A stretch of DNA of 64,000 nucleotides from an uncultured Phycisphaerales bacterium (GCA_963844715.1 CAWJPJ010000006.1:384001-448000); one strand, 5' to 3'. Positions 32,767-44,029 are shown, counted from the stretch's first letter. Notes: generated from the sequence alone by a model not told the origin. A program made the numbers and translations.

Positions 32767-34875
32767 TCATGTAGAGCCCGGGGATATTTGAACTTCTTGT
32801 TTTTCGCGTTGCCTTTGCCAAATGTTTCGCAACGCGCATTCAAGGCTCTTTGTGAAGCCGGCGGCGTCGAGAATTGGGGCGGCTTTCAGGCGATCACGCA
32901 TCGAACTACGCAGCGACGCCAAATTCGCTCGGTCCTCGGCCAAGCTGCGGGCGATGGCGATATAATTCTCTTGCGAGGAGGCGATCCATTGTGGGAACCG
33001 CGCCTGAGTCAGGGTACTGGTGCTCATGCGGCTGGCGTAGGTTTTGCCCGCGAGCGTAATGACCGGCACCCCCTGCCAAAGCGCGTCGCAGGTCGTCGTG
33101 TGCCCGCTGAACGGAAATGGATCGAGTGCGATATCGATTTGGGAATAGTTGGCGAGATACACCTTTCGCGGTCGCTTGCCGATGAAACGCACGCGATCGG
33201 GGCCAAGCCCGAGCGATTCGAATAATCTGGCGACGCGCGGATCAGCGTCGTGCGCGGTGGGACCGAGAAGCAAAAGTCGTGAATCGGGAACCGTTCGCAG
33301 GAGTTCGGCCCAGGCCGCGACGACCGCCGCGCCGTGTTTTGTCGGGTTGTTCATGCAGCCGAAGGTGATATAGCCGTTGGATTCCACGGGGGGCGGCGCG
33401 ACATCCGGGGCGTAATCACTCGGGCCGTAAACAAAGAAGCTGGGATCAAGCCGGAGCAGCTTTTCGACGTAGAGATGATCCGTTGAGCCCGGAGGATCGG
33501 CGACGGTGTCGGTGATTCGATAATCCATCACCTCCATTCCCGTGGTGTGCTGGTAGCCGAGATAGGTCATCTGAATCGGCGCCGGCTTCCTGGCGAATAG
33601 AAGCAAGCGATTCCCGCCAATGTGACCCGCTAGATCGATGAGAATGTCGATCTCATCTTCGCGCACTTGCTTGGCCGCGGCCTCATCGTCGCTCAGAGAG
33701 ATATCGCGCCACTCGTGGGCGAACTGGCGGAATTGATCCGTTGTGGCGTCGGCGACCGTTCCGCTGGAATAGCAGGTGATATGGAACGACGCGCGATCGT
33801 GCGCGAGAATCATCGGCAGGCTGAAAAGGCTGACGGCGTGATCGCGAAAATGGCCGGAAACGTACCCGATGCGAAGCGGACGATCGGGATCGGATCGAGA
33901 ATAGGCGAGCGGATGCGCCGGCCGCAACGGGTCGGCAAAGCGCTCGGCCCAGTCGCGATGCTGCTGGGCGACCTCCACATCGTCGAGCGAGTCGTCGTAC
34001 AGAAGCGTGTAGAGAAAGTTCTGGTATTCGCCCAGGGTCGTGGCCATGTCCAGGGCCTTGGCGTAACAGTCGAGCGCCAGATCGACAAAACCGAGGTCTT
34101 TGTAAACAGTCCCGAGCACGGCATAGACTTCCGCTCGAGGCGAGGTTTTCAAAACCTCGAGGAGCAACTTTTCCGATTCCTGGGCATTCGCCAAACCGGC
34201 CAGAACGCTGGATAGATTGGTGTCGCGCGACATCGTTTTGCGGCTCGATTTTCAGGGCTTGATAGAGGGTCGCGGCGGACCGCAACGGCCGCCCGGTGAG
34301 TTCATGGACCAACGCCAGGCGAATCCACGCCTCGACACGCGACGGCTTCAATTTGGTCGTCCGCTCGAACAATTCTTCGGCTTGGTCGAGACGACGGTCC
34401 GACAGGCGGAGTGATCCGACTTCGAAACAAACGTCGCCGCTATTCGGGCAAGATTGCAGCGCCTCTTCGAGCGTTTGCGCGGAACCCTTTTCGTCGCCGA
34501 TTGCGCAAAGAGATGGCGAGATTCAGGCGCGGGTGATCGAAAGCGGGATCGATCGAAATCGCCAGCCGATATTGCTCAATTGCCTCATCGAATCGACTGA
34601 GTTTATGCAGACAATTCGCCAAATTGGCGTTGTAAGGCGCTTTGGGGACATCCTGAAAGGTTATGGCGGCGCGTAGAAGCTTAATCGCCCGCTCGATATC
34701 GCCCCACGTTTCATAGAGCAGGGCGAGCAAGTGCAGAGCATCCGAATTGCGCGGGTCGGCGCGAATGATGTCGCCGATAGAGCCGCGCGGCCTCGGCGGT
34801 CTCACCCAACTCCTGAAGCCTAATGCCTCTGGCGAGTTTACCTTGGACGTCGCGCCTGAGTTGTAACTTCCGCAT
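32767..34875 (-). CDS. TPR-containing SPINDLY/OGT-like glycosyltransferase (GT41), copy 2; several frameshifts in the TPR part (34230-34780)
   Basis: PLRIGYVSGHFRDHAV, IDLAGHIGGNRL, PAPIQMTYLGY, LDPFPFSGHTTTCDALWQGVPV; upstream TPR fragments in ORFs 33683-34372 and 34440-34886. Confidence 0.82.
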
Positions 34876-35042
34876 AGCGTGGGCAAATCTTAACGAACGG
34901 CGCAGGATGTGGACAAAAGAATCCTGCGCGACGGAGCAATATTAAGGAGATGCTATTGGAAAACTAATCATTTCCTGCGTTTTGACCCCTAAGTTTTTGG
35001 CGGAGATAAGGGTAGGCAAAACGTACTAGGGTAGGAGAGAGA

Positions 35043-36308
35043 ATGTACAATTCGATTTTGGACCGTCGCAAGATGAAGGTGGCGGCGCTGGGTCTGGCAT
35101 TGACCGCTCCCATCTCGGGATTTGAATCGATATCCAAGGGCGGCGTAACTACACCCGGCGATTTGGTTGTGGAGCAGGTCGGGAACGGGTCGGCTGCGCT
35201 CACCAGTGTCAGCACAGCCGTTTTCCTGGATATTTTCAAACCGGCCGTAAGCGGGAGCGACACGGTCACGTTGAGCCCGGAAACAACGGCGCAGCTTGCG
35301 TTACCGACCACGTTAACCTCAAACGGGCTTGCATCAAATCCGCTCACCACGAGCGGCTCGGCGTCATCCGAAGGGGAAATCACGGTTTCCTCAAATGGCG
35401 CCACGATTCTGGTCCCCGGATACGACGCGAACGTCGGCACGACCGGAATTGCAAGCAGCAACTCGACGACCGACCCGCGCGGGGTGGCACTCGTCTCAAC
35501 CTCGACCGGGGCGATCGATACCAGCACCACGACGACGGGATTCAACGGAAATAACATCCGCAGCGCGGTGCTATTCAATAGTACGACCGTGTATGCGGCC
35601 GGCGCTACGACGCCGGGCGTGACGGCGCTGACCGTCGATGCGAACGCCACAACCAACGGGGCCGGCGTCGAACTCGAGAACGCGATGACCAACATCCGGC
35701 AACTCGAGATTTTCGGGGGCACCCTTTACCTATCCGACAGCAATGGCAGCGCGCTTCGCCTGGCGAGCATCACTGGATTCAATGGCACGGCGAATTCGGC
35801 GACGACAACGGAATTGGCCGGACTTTCGGCGAATAACGCGTCGAGTCCCACGGGGACGAAAGTATATTCGCCATACAGCTTTGCCTTCGCCAATAACGCC
35901 AATACGCTTTATCTCGTCGACGAAGGGAGCGGAGGCGGCAACAACTCGGGTAATGGCGTGGTCGAAAAGTTTATCCTTTCAAGCGGCACGTACACTCAGG
36001 ATGGTTTTGTGAACATCGGCAACGACGCCACTGGGCTTGCCGTTGAATCGCTTACCGGTTCCAGCGGGTCGTTCGAAGCCATCTTCGCGACGAATCCGTC
36101 GAGTATCTACGAGATCAGCGATACAGGGGGCTCGATAATGGGCGATACGCTCAATACGTTGGAGGCTGCCGGCACCAACGAAGGATATCGCGGAATCGTC
36201 GTGGTCCCCGAACCGACAACCCTGTCGATTCTCGCATTGGCGGGCTGCGCGGTACTGCCAAGACGCAGGCGGCGACGCCCCGCCCCGGAACCGGCGCGGA
36301 CTTCCTAA
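35043..36308 (+). CDS. Ser/Thr-rich PEP-CTERM protein
   Basis: Signal peptide, TPGDLVVEQVGNG, SEGEITVS, NIRSAV, YRGIVVVPEPTTLSILALAGCAVLPRRRRRR. Confidence 0.9.
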   Translation: MYNSILDRRKMKVAALGLALTAPISGFESISKGGVTTPGDLVVEQVGNGSAALTSVSTAVFLDIFKPAVSGSDTVTLSPETTAQLALPTTLTSNGLASNPLTTSGSASSEGEITVSSNGATILVPGYDANVGTTGIASSNSTTDPRGVALVSTSTGAIDTSTTTTGFNGNNIRSAVLFNSTTVYAAGATTPGVTALTVDANATTNGAGVELENAMTNIRQLEIFGGTLYLSDSNGSALRLASITGFNGTANSATTTELAGLSANNASSPTGTKVYSPYSFAFANNANTLYLVDEGSGGGNNSGNGVVEKFILSSGTYTQDGFVNIGNDATGLAVESLTGSSGSFEAIFATNPSSIYEISDTGGSIMGDTLNTLEAAGTNEGYRGIVVVPEPTTLSILALAGCAVLPRRRRRRPAPEPARTS

Positions 36309-36531
36309 ATATCCGTGCGGCGGATCGACGGTGCGCATGAAGAAATGGCACTGCGCGGCGATGGGAGTGCGCGATGGTTGCGGCTTATCTCAGGGATTGG
36401 CCCTGCGATCGGCGCTCCTGAACCGGACCCCCCAACCATTTTGATTTCGTAGGCGCTTGCCGTTCTTCGTGAATTGTCCATCCGTTTGAATTGCGCGTTT
36501 TCGGGACCGCGGGATTATGTCGAGTTCCGCA

Positions 36532-38500
36532 TCAGACCCCCGCGCACCAATGTTTCCACATTTGGCGATAGGCTACCTCGATGTTGCGGGCGAAGCGTGG
36601 GGCATCCACGAGGGGCGACTTGGACATGAGATCGCGAAGCGTGGCGCGCAGATTGGCCAGTCGCGGGAGATCATTGGCCAAGGCCGCGGCTTTTTCGATG
36701 TAGTCTCGCTCGTTTGTTGCGATGAGGTTTTCGAGACCCAGGTTGGCCAGGAGGGAGACGCCACCCCTGCCGCCGGCGGTTGCGCCGGCGAGGGTGATCA
36801 GCGGCAGGCCCATCCAAAGGGCATCCATGCTTGTCGTATGACCCGTGTGCGGGAACGGATCGAGATAGATGTCCATCTGGTGGTGAAGTTTGAGGTACTC
36901 AGTGCCTTGGGGCCAAAGGGAGTAAAGAATCAGCCGAGCCTTGTCGATTCCTTTTGTTGCGAAAAAGTCGATGACGCGGCGCTGCGTTTCACCATCGGGG
37001 CAGCGCAGGAAAAGGCGCGAGTTGGGCACAGCGGTTAGAAGGCGGCTCCAGGTTTCCAATACCGGCGGCGTGACTTTGCAAAAGTTGTTCAGGCTGCCGA
37101 ACGTAATAAACCCGTTGCGCAGCGGGGAGTTCGTTCACCGGCGGGGAATCGGTCGGCGCCTCGAAGACCAGGTAGCACTCGGGCAATCGGATCGTCTTCT
37201 CGACGTAATGCCCCTCGTGAAAACCCGGCGGGTCGATGTGTGCGTCGGTAATGCGATACTCGATCGTGCTCAAACCTGTCGTGGCCTGGTTGCATAAATA
37301 GGTCGTTTGGACGGGCGCGGGTTTGCGAGCGAAAACCAGCAGCCGGTTGCTGGCCATGTGGGAGACGAGATCGACGAGGACGTCGATTCTATCTTGCCGA
37401 ATCAGATCGGCGACTTTTTCGTCGGTCAGCCCGACGAGGTTGCGCCAATTGTCGCTCGTGCGCTCGCATTGCCGCGTCATGTCGTCCGGCCGTTTCACAT
37501 CCGAGTAGCAAAACGTCTGGTATTGCGCGCGATCGTGATGTTTCAGGAGCGGGAGCATGGAATAGCCGTTGGTGTGATGGCGGAAATTTGGGGAGATGTA
37601 CCCGATGCGCAGCGGGCGGTCGGGGTTGCGATCATTTTTCCATGGCTGAATCTGCGAGAGGAGCGGGCTCGCATGCCGATCATTCCAGCCGACGGCCTCG
37701 GCGCGAATTTCCCCGGCCGTCGCACCGGCGAGGAAGCACAGGTCATAAATGAGATTGCTGTGAAGCTGCCGGTCGCCCGGGGCATGCGCAATCGCCTGGC
37801 GGAGGACAGCAATCGACTCGGCCATCTGCCCTTTGGCCTTGAGCACACTGGCCAGATTATTCAGCGCCCGCGCGAAGTTCGGCTGCAAATCAATCGCGCG
37901 CCCAAACGCGGCGGCTGCCTCATCCAACTGACGCTTCTCCCGCAGCGCGGTGCCGAGATTGTTAAAAGCCTCGGGGAAGCGATTGCGCAGGGCGATCGCC
38001 TGCCGATACGCGGCGATCGCGTCTTCGAGAAGTCCGGCGTCCTTCAGCGCGTTGCCAAGATTGTTGAAGGCGTCCGGATCGCTGGGACGAAGGGCGGTGG
38101 CGGCCCGAAAGGCGGCAATCGCCTCGTCGAATCGCCCCACCTTTCGCAAGGCAATTCCAAGATTATTGTGTGCTTCGAAATAAGACGGGCGCAGGGCGAC
38201 GGCCTGACGATAGGCCCGCACCGCCTCTTCGGGCTCCGGGCCGTTTACCAGGGCGTTGCCTAGATTGTTGTGCGCCTCGGCATAGTCGGGCCTGAGGCTG
38301 ATCGCGTGACGAATCAAACTCATCGCCGATTGCGTGCGCCCGGCTTGCGCTTCAACGATGCCAAGATGATGCAGGGCTTCGGCACACTTTGGGTCGCGCT
38401 GAAGAATCTCCTGGTACAACCGCGCGGCTTCGCCGAGGCGCCCGGCCTGGTGGTGCTTGAGGGCCAAATCGAAAGTCTGTTCAACGGTTTGATTCGTCAT
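36532..38500 (-). CDS. TPR-containing SPINDLY/OGT-like glycosyltransferase (GT41), copy 3; frameshift near 37115
   Basis: TPR array, PLRIGYISPNFRHH, PAPVQTTYL, LDPFPHTGHTTSMDALWMGLPLITL. Confidence 0.88.
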
Positions 38501-38687
38501 AAGGTCGACGCCATGACCTGGCGCGGGTCATCGGCCAGTCGGCTATAGTCTTCACGTACTTAGTGGTGTTGGTCAATAGGCAGCGGCGATGACGAACGGG
38601 AATGCGCTTGCCCCGGTTCAAATTAGGGAAATAACGCAACGAATGACGATCCGATAGTAGCCAGGGACCCATTCTTGACCGCTCGGT

Positions 38688-39644
38688 TTACTTTGCGGCT
38701 CGTCTTCTCCGGCCGCTCATCAGGTAGACCGATGCTCGCAATTCGATGAGCGGATCAGCGGAGGCGTCGATCCCGGGGACTCTGGGGACGGAATCAAAGA
38801 TCAATTGCTTCTGCTCGTCGGCATCGTTCATCTTCAATTTGTCGAGAACGATTTTGCCGAATTCGATCGTTTGACGATCGGCGGGCCAGCGGGCACAGGG
38901 GTCGTCGGTGGGGTCGCCGGGGTTGGCCAATTGCACCATGATGCGGAATTCGATCGGGCCGCGGGAGAGGCGATCTTTCAACTCGTCGAAAAGGTAATTC
39001 GGGCCTTTGGTCTTGGCGGCGTCGGATTCGAGGTATTCGTTGCCCAGCGCGGGGACGACGCGGTATCTCCCGAAGCGGGTTGCGCCGGCCGCGTTAGTGA
39101 ACTTGTACGCCGAGATCGCGAAATAAGTTTGCCTGGCGAAACTCGCCGGGAGCGCCCTGGAAGCCTGCACAAACGCCAGGGACGCAGGATGCGACCCGAG
39201 GAATTTTTCGATCGGCTTGGGATTTTTCGGATCAGACGGCGTGAAACGATCGCTCGTAGCCACGGCGGTCAGGAACTGGAGAAATTCTTCGCCGTTACGA
39301 GCCGGGAACGCGTCGGTGGAATGGGCGATGATGTCGGTGTGGCTGTGCTCGGCGAGGTGAAAACGAGTGACCATGCCGCGTGGGAAGGCATCCGCGATGT
39401 TGTCGGGCACGTCGGGAATGCCAGGCGAATCGGAAAATCTTACGGTAACAGGGGTTGAGGGCCGCTGAATATGCGGAGCCATGGTCAGCGACGCGGCCTG
39501 CGGCGACGGAGTGAACGTCCCCGTCACCAGCGCCCCCTTGGCATGAGCCGGACGGAACCCGGGATGATAGCCGAAAATGGCGTCGAATTGTTCGAGGATT
39601 TTGTGGCTAAGGGAGAGAAGTCTTTCATCGGTGGGTAAGGGCAT
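38688..39644 (-). CDS. Catalase-related heme peroxidase (cytoplasmic)
   Basis: HPGFRPAHAKG, VTVRFS, SADPLIELRASVYLMSGRRR. Confidence 0.9.
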   Translation of the reverse strand: MPLPTDERLLSLSHKILEQFDAIFGYHPGFRPAHAKGALVTGTFTPSPQAASLTMAPHIQRPSTPVTVRFSDSPGIPDVPDNIADAFPRGMVTRFHLAEHSHTDIIAHSTDAFPARNGEEFLQFLTAVATSDRFTPSDPKNPKPIEKFLGSHPASLAFVQASRALPASFARQTYFAISAYKFTNAAGATRFGRYRVVPALGNEYLESDAAKTKGPNYLFDELKDRLSRGPIEFRIMVQLANPGDPTDDPCARWPADRQTIEFGKIVLDKLKMNDADEQKQLIFDSVPRVPGIDASADPLIELRASVYLMSGRRRRAAK

Positions 39645-39875
39645 GGGGCCTCCTTCAAAGAGATTGCCGACGGACCGGGCGCTAACAGCACGACGACGAG
39701 AAGTTTAGGCGCGGGAGTAAGGGAATTTCGAGATCGGAATTTGATAATTCTGTTAGCTAGGGGAATCGACAAGATTGTGATCGGGCTGCTGCAATGAGCC
39801 TGGTCGCCGCCGATAAAGGCACTCCTCGGAATCGCTTTTGCGTGCTCCAAGCCTTGCGGCTGTATACTTTCTCCC

Positions 39876-40658
39876 ATGAAGTTCCTGAATCGCCTGGAGC
39901 GAAGCATCGGGCGATATGCCATTCATAATGTGACGCTTGGATTGGTGGTGCTTCAGGGCGTCATGTGGGTGCTGATGCAGGGGCAGCCGGGGATTGCGGA
40001 GAATCTTGTTCTCGAGCGGTCGCTCATCCTGGGCGGCCAATGGTGGCGGCTCTTCACGTTCATCTTTCTTCCCCCGGCAAACAATGCGATTTTCCTGTTC
40101 TTCGCGCTCTGGCTCCTCTATCTCATGGGCACGGCCCTGGAAAACCAATGGGGCGCGTTTCGATTTAATCTTTATCTGCTCATCGGATACCTGGCGACCG
40201 TCGGGTCGGTCTTCCTCGCGCCCGAGGGCGTCGCGACCAACGCTTTTCTCACCGGGTCGATCTTTCTGGCGTTCGCCTATCTCTATCCCGAATTTCCCAT
40301 CATGCTGTTTTTCATTTTGCCCATAAAGGTCAAGTGGATTGCCCTGGTGACGTGGATCTTTTACTTCGTCATGTTTGCCATGGGGGGCTGGCTGACCAGG
40401 ATGCTGATCGTCGCGTCGGTACTGAATTTCCTGCTATTCTTTGGCGTGGACATCGCGCAAAACGTAAAGCTTGGCCACCGGCGAATGGTGCGCAAGATGG
40501 GAACGCTGGCCGTGCAGGATGATGCGATCAATCGCTGCGTGATTTGTGGGGTGACGGAGAAGACCGATCGCAAGATGGAGTTTCGGTATTGCCCCGAGTG
40601 CGCGGGGACGCCGTGCTATTGCATGAAGCACCTGGCGGGGCATGTGCATAGGAAATAG
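39876..40658 (+). CDS. Rhomboid/Derlin-like membrane protein with C-terminal zinc finger
   Basis: GQWWRLFTFIF, LENQWGAFRFNLY, LPIKVKW; CVICG...CPEC...CYCMKH. Confidence 0.75.
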   Translation: MKFLNRLERSIGRYAIHNVTLGLVVLQGVMWVLMQGQPGIAENLVLERSLILGGQWWRLFTFIFLPPANNAIFLFFALWLLYLMGTALENQWGAFRFNLYLLIGYLATVGSVFLAPEGVATNAFLTGSIFLAFAYLYPEFPIMLFFILPIKVKWIALVTWIFYFVMFAMGGWLTRMLIVASVLNFLLFFGVDIAQNVKLGHRRMVRKMGTLAVQDDAINRCVICGVTEKTDRKMEFRYCPECAGTPCYCMKHLAGHVHRK

Positions 40659-40776
40659 GGGATGGGGGCCGCGGGATTAGCGCCGTGGAGAGGGGGAACG
40701 GAGCGTTTACCCGCGGAGAATCCCCGATGGTGTGAGATTGTTTAGCGACAGATTATTTTTTTGTTATCCCGATAAT

Positions 40777-40820
40777 CTACGAACATTTTCGTTGACTCAA
40801 CGAAACTCTTCGTAGATAGT
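40777..40820 (+). promoter_or_regulatory. Twin BlaI-type operators overlapping a sigma70-like promoter
   Basis: 18-bp dyads CTACGAACATTTTCGTTG (40777-40794) and CAACGAAACTCTTCGTAG (40798-40815); TTGACT (40792-40797), 17 bp spacer, GATAGT (40815-40820). Confidence 0.8.
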
Positions 40821-40828
40821 GCATCTAT

Positions 40829-41227
40829 ATGGCCGGAACAGACCTCAAAAGACCGACCGACGCGGAACTCACCCTGCTTCAAATGCTTTGGAAACGCGGC
40901 CCCTCGACGGTCCGCGAACTGCACGATGCAATCGCGGCATCCGATCCGGATCGCGCAGTGGGGTATACCACGGCGCTGAAGCTGCTGCAGATCATGACCG
41001 TTAAAGGGCTGGTGCTTCGGGTGTTGGCCGGCCGGCAGCATATCTATCGGGCGGCCCGTCCGGCAGGACAGACGCAAAAACAACTGGTCAAGGATCTCCT
41101 CCGCAGGGCGTTCGATAACTCCGCCGCATCCCTGGTGCTTCAGGCTCTGTCCGTCCGCCCGTCCAGCCCGGATGAACTCAAAGAAATCAGGCAGCTGATC
41201 AACAAATTGGAAATGGAAGGCAGATGA
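40829..41227 (+). CDS. BlaI/MecI/CopY family transcriptional repressor
   Basis: PTDAELTLLQMLWKRGPSTVRELH, YTTALKLLQIM, ELKEIRQLI. Confidence 0.93.
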   Translation: MAGTDLKRPTDAELTLLQMLWKRGPSTVRELHDAIAASDPDRAVGYTTALKLLQIMTVKGLVLRVLAGRQHIYRAARPAGQTQKQLVKDLLRRAFDNSAASLVLQALSVRPSSPDELKEIRQLINKLEMEGR

Positions 41228-43230
41228 ACCCACATTTCAACCCGCTCCTGTTACGCCTCGGGCTGACCTTGGCGCACACTTTTTGGGAAGCAGCGGCCAT
41301 GGCGGCCGCACTATTCCTCGTGCTGGTGCTCCTGCGGCGGGCTGAGTCCGGGCTTCGCTACGCAGCGGCGATTTCCGGGATGGCATGCACATTGTTCGTG
41401 GCGGCGTTCACCTGGACAGAGCTGCCACTTCACCCCGTTGCCGGTGCCTTCCCGGTCGCGGCGGCGGTTTATATCCCCGCCGACCATTTTAAGCAGCACG
41501 ACGAAAACCCGCGGCGGCCGCTAACGCCATCCAGTAACGCTGCCGTGTCAATCGGCGCAATGCGGAATTGGCGGCTCGATCCAGCAATCGCCCTCACGTG
41601 GCTCGCTGTCGCGTGGCTGGCCGGCGTCGCTGCGATCGCATTGTTCCGTGTGACCGGGTGGTTCGTTCTTAGCAGGCGGCTGTCCATCGAAACGGCGCCG
41701 CTGGACGAGTTATGGAAAAATCGCCTCGCGGCACTTGAGCGGAACGCCGGAGTCGGCCGGGCAATCCGATGGCTCCAATCGGCAGACTCCGAAGTGCCGT
41801 ATGTCTTCGGCTGGCGCAGACCGACAATTGTCGTGCCGGTCGCGGCGCAAACCGTGCTCCCGAGCCGCGAATTGGAGGCCGTGCTTGGACACGAACTCGC
41901 CCACGTCCGGCGCGGCGATTACGTCATGAACCTTGTTCAGACGGCGATCGAAACGTTGTTCTTCTACCATCCGGCGGTGCTGTGGATGTCCGGGCAGGTT
42001 AGGGTGGAGCGAGAAAACTGCTGCGACGATCTCGGCGCGCGCATGGCCGGATCGATCACGACCTACGCAAAGGCGCTGGCCGACCTGGAGGCAATACGCC
42101 TACCCGGGGGCGGCGGCGCGCTTGCGGCGACGGGAACATCATTGCTGCCGCGGCTGCGCCGGTTGACGGGCCAAGGGCGGTCCGCCATCCCGTTCGGCGG
42201 GATGCTGCTGGCGGGATTGAGCGCGGCCCTGCTGGTGTTGCCGTTCCTGTCGGTCAAGCTGCTTGCAAGCACGCCGCCAAATCCCGGGTCATCCATCGCC
42301 CCATCGGCAAACCAGTTGCCCGGAGTCGATCCCCTCCTCAAACCTTATGTGCCCCCGGTAAAGCCAATGGGACCCGACTCCCAGTTGTTTCTGACCGGGT
42401 CAGGAACGATGGGTCGGCTTGCGGACCCGCTCATCGCGAAATTTGTGCTGATCAATCCCGGTGTCTATCACGAAAGCTCCCTGCGCGGAAGCGCATGGGT
42501 CGCAGACCAACTCGGCAGCGGCGAATACAACATCGGCCTGATGAGCCGGCCGATGAATGTTGCCGAGCACAAATTATTTCGCACCCGCATGAAGCATGAT
42601 CCGATCGAAATCATAATCGCCCGCGACGCGATCGTGGTCCTGGTAAACAAGGATAATCCGATTCCGGGTATAACGCTGCCGCAACTCGATGCGCTCTACG
42701 GGACCAATCGCCTGGCCGGCTACACGGGCGACGTGAAGACGTGGGGCGGACTGGGCCTGACGGGGAGTTGGGCGACGGTGGCGGTTTCGCCATACGGGCT
42801 CTTGGAAGAGGGCCAGGGGACGGTGGAGACCTTCCGGCGGATCGCGCTCAAGGGGGGCCCGATCAACAAGAACATCCACGACATTCCGTTCCCGGAAAAT
42901 GAGTTTGGTCAGGCGGTCGCCAAGGACCCCGCCGGAATTTCGTACAATATCGATCATCCTCCGGTCGAGGGCGCAAAGGCAATCGGCGTGGCCGCAAAAG
43001 CGGGCGAACCCTTTATAGCCGCCAGCCCGGAGACGATCGCGGACGGAAGTTATCCGCTCTCCCGAGGCCTTTACCTGTACCTCGCGGACAACACAGACAA
43101 GGCAGCCAATGAGTTTGTGAAATTCGTTCTGAGCCGCGACGGTCAAGCCGTCATCGCGCGAACCGGCGAGGCGATTCCAGTGCCGGCGATCGAAGTCGAC
43201 CAACAATTAAAAGACGCAAACATCCATTGA
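41224..43230 (+). CDS. BlaR1-like M56 metallopeptidase fused to a PstS-type solute-binding domain
   Basis: TMs, HELAHVRRGDY (HExxH), FFYHP, RENCCDD; after a TM come GSGTM, MSRP, DAIVVLVNKDNP, GSYPLSRGLYLY, FVKFVLSRDGQ. Confidence 0.88.
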   Translation: MNPHFNPLLLRLGLTLAHTFWEAAAMAAALFLVLVLLRRAESGLRYAAAISGMACTLFVAAFTWTELPLHPVAGAFPVAAAVYIPADHFKQHDENPRRPLTPSSNAAVSIGAMRNWRLDPAIALTWLAVAWLAGVAAIALFRVTGWFVLSRRLSIETAPLDELWKNRLAALERNAGVGRAIRWLQSADSEVPYVFGWRRPTIVVPVAAQTVLPSRELEAVLGHELAHVRRGDYVMNLVQTAIETLFFYHPAVLWMSGQVRVERENCCDDLGARMAGSITTYAKALADLEAIRLPGGGGALAATGTSLLPRLRRLTGQGRSAIPFGGMLLAGLSAALLVLPFLSVKLLASTPPNPGSSIAPSANQLPGVDPLLKPYVPPVKPMGPDSQLFLTGSGTMGRLADPLIAKFVLINPGVYHESSLRGSAWVADQLGSGEYNIGLMSRPMNVAEHKLFRTRMKHDPIEIIIARDAIVVLVNKDNPIPGITLPQLDALYGTNRLAGYTGDVKTWGGLGLTGSWATVAVSPYGLLEEGQGTVETFRRIALKGGPINKNIHDIPFPENEFGQAVAKDPAGISYNIDHPPVEGAKAIGVAAKAGEPFIAASPETIADGSYPLSRGLYLYLADNTDKAANEFVKFVLSRDGQAVIARTGEAIPVPAIEVDQQLKDANIH

Positions 43231-43400
43231 GGAAAGCGTCCTTCTGAAAAGCATCTCCTAACTTTTCCCGCGTGTCCCCGGACGAGCGAGGGACACCCGA
43301 CTATCCTGAAATAGATTTAACGGGTGCCTGTCGCCGGTTCCCGCTAAAATGGCGGACGATTCGTGATCCGCCCGTAATAAAAGTGTTGAGACTAAAGTTG

Positions 43401-43928
43401 ATGGCATCTTCAATTTCGACCGCTCGTCTCATATTGGTTCCCGCGACGGTCGCCCACGCTCGGGCCGAGATCGATGATCGAGTTGAATTTGCCCGGCTCA
43501 TCGAGGCGTCGGTTCCCGAAAACTGGCCACCGGAAGCAGTTGCCGACGCTTTACCCCTGTTCTTGAAATGGCTTGAGGCGGCGCCCGACCACGTCGGCTG
43601 GTTTGGGCGGTACATTCTAGCCAAAGGCGACGGCGCGAATTTGCCCGTTTTATGCGGCAGTTGCGGGTTCCTGGGACCGCCACAAGACGGCGAGGTCAAT
43701 ATCGGCTATTCCGTTCTCCCCCAGTTCCAACGTCGGGGTTTCGCAACGGAAGCGGTTGGCGGTCTGGTCGGGTGGGCGATGGAACAGCCGGCCGTAACTC
43801 GAATCGTGGCTGAAACGGAGTGGGCGAATCCGGCTTCGGTGCGTGTCTTGAGCAAGCTCGAGTTCACGGCAGCTGGACTGTGCGCGGACCATCGCGGCGT
43901 GCGCTTCGAACTGCGCCGCCGCATTTGA
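43401..43928 (+). CDS. GNAT (RimJ/RimL-like) N-acetyltransferase
   Basis: TARLILVP, IGYSVLPQFQRRGFATEA, NPASVRVLSKL. Confidence 0.88.
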   Translation: MASSISTARLILVPATVAHARAEIDDRVEFARLIEASVPENWPPEAVADALPLFLKWLEAAPDHVGWFGRYILAKGDGANLPVLCGSCGFLGPPQDGEVNIGYSVLPQFQRRGFATEAVGGLVGWAMEQPAVTRIVAETEWANPASVRVLSKLEFTAAGLCADHRGVRFELRRRI

Positions 43929-44029
43929 GCATGTGACTGCCTCAGCTGTGCGAATCTTCATCGGTCAAAAGTTTAGGCACTGATGCGTCGGAACTTTTGC
44001 CTTTTTCATCATTTTACTCAGCCTCCTGC

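Noticed and set aside
36411..36470. Possible degenerate PEP-CTERM tail (APEPDPPTILIS*ALAVLR)
   Set aside because: Short, interrupted by a stop and without an upstream ORF; could be chance.
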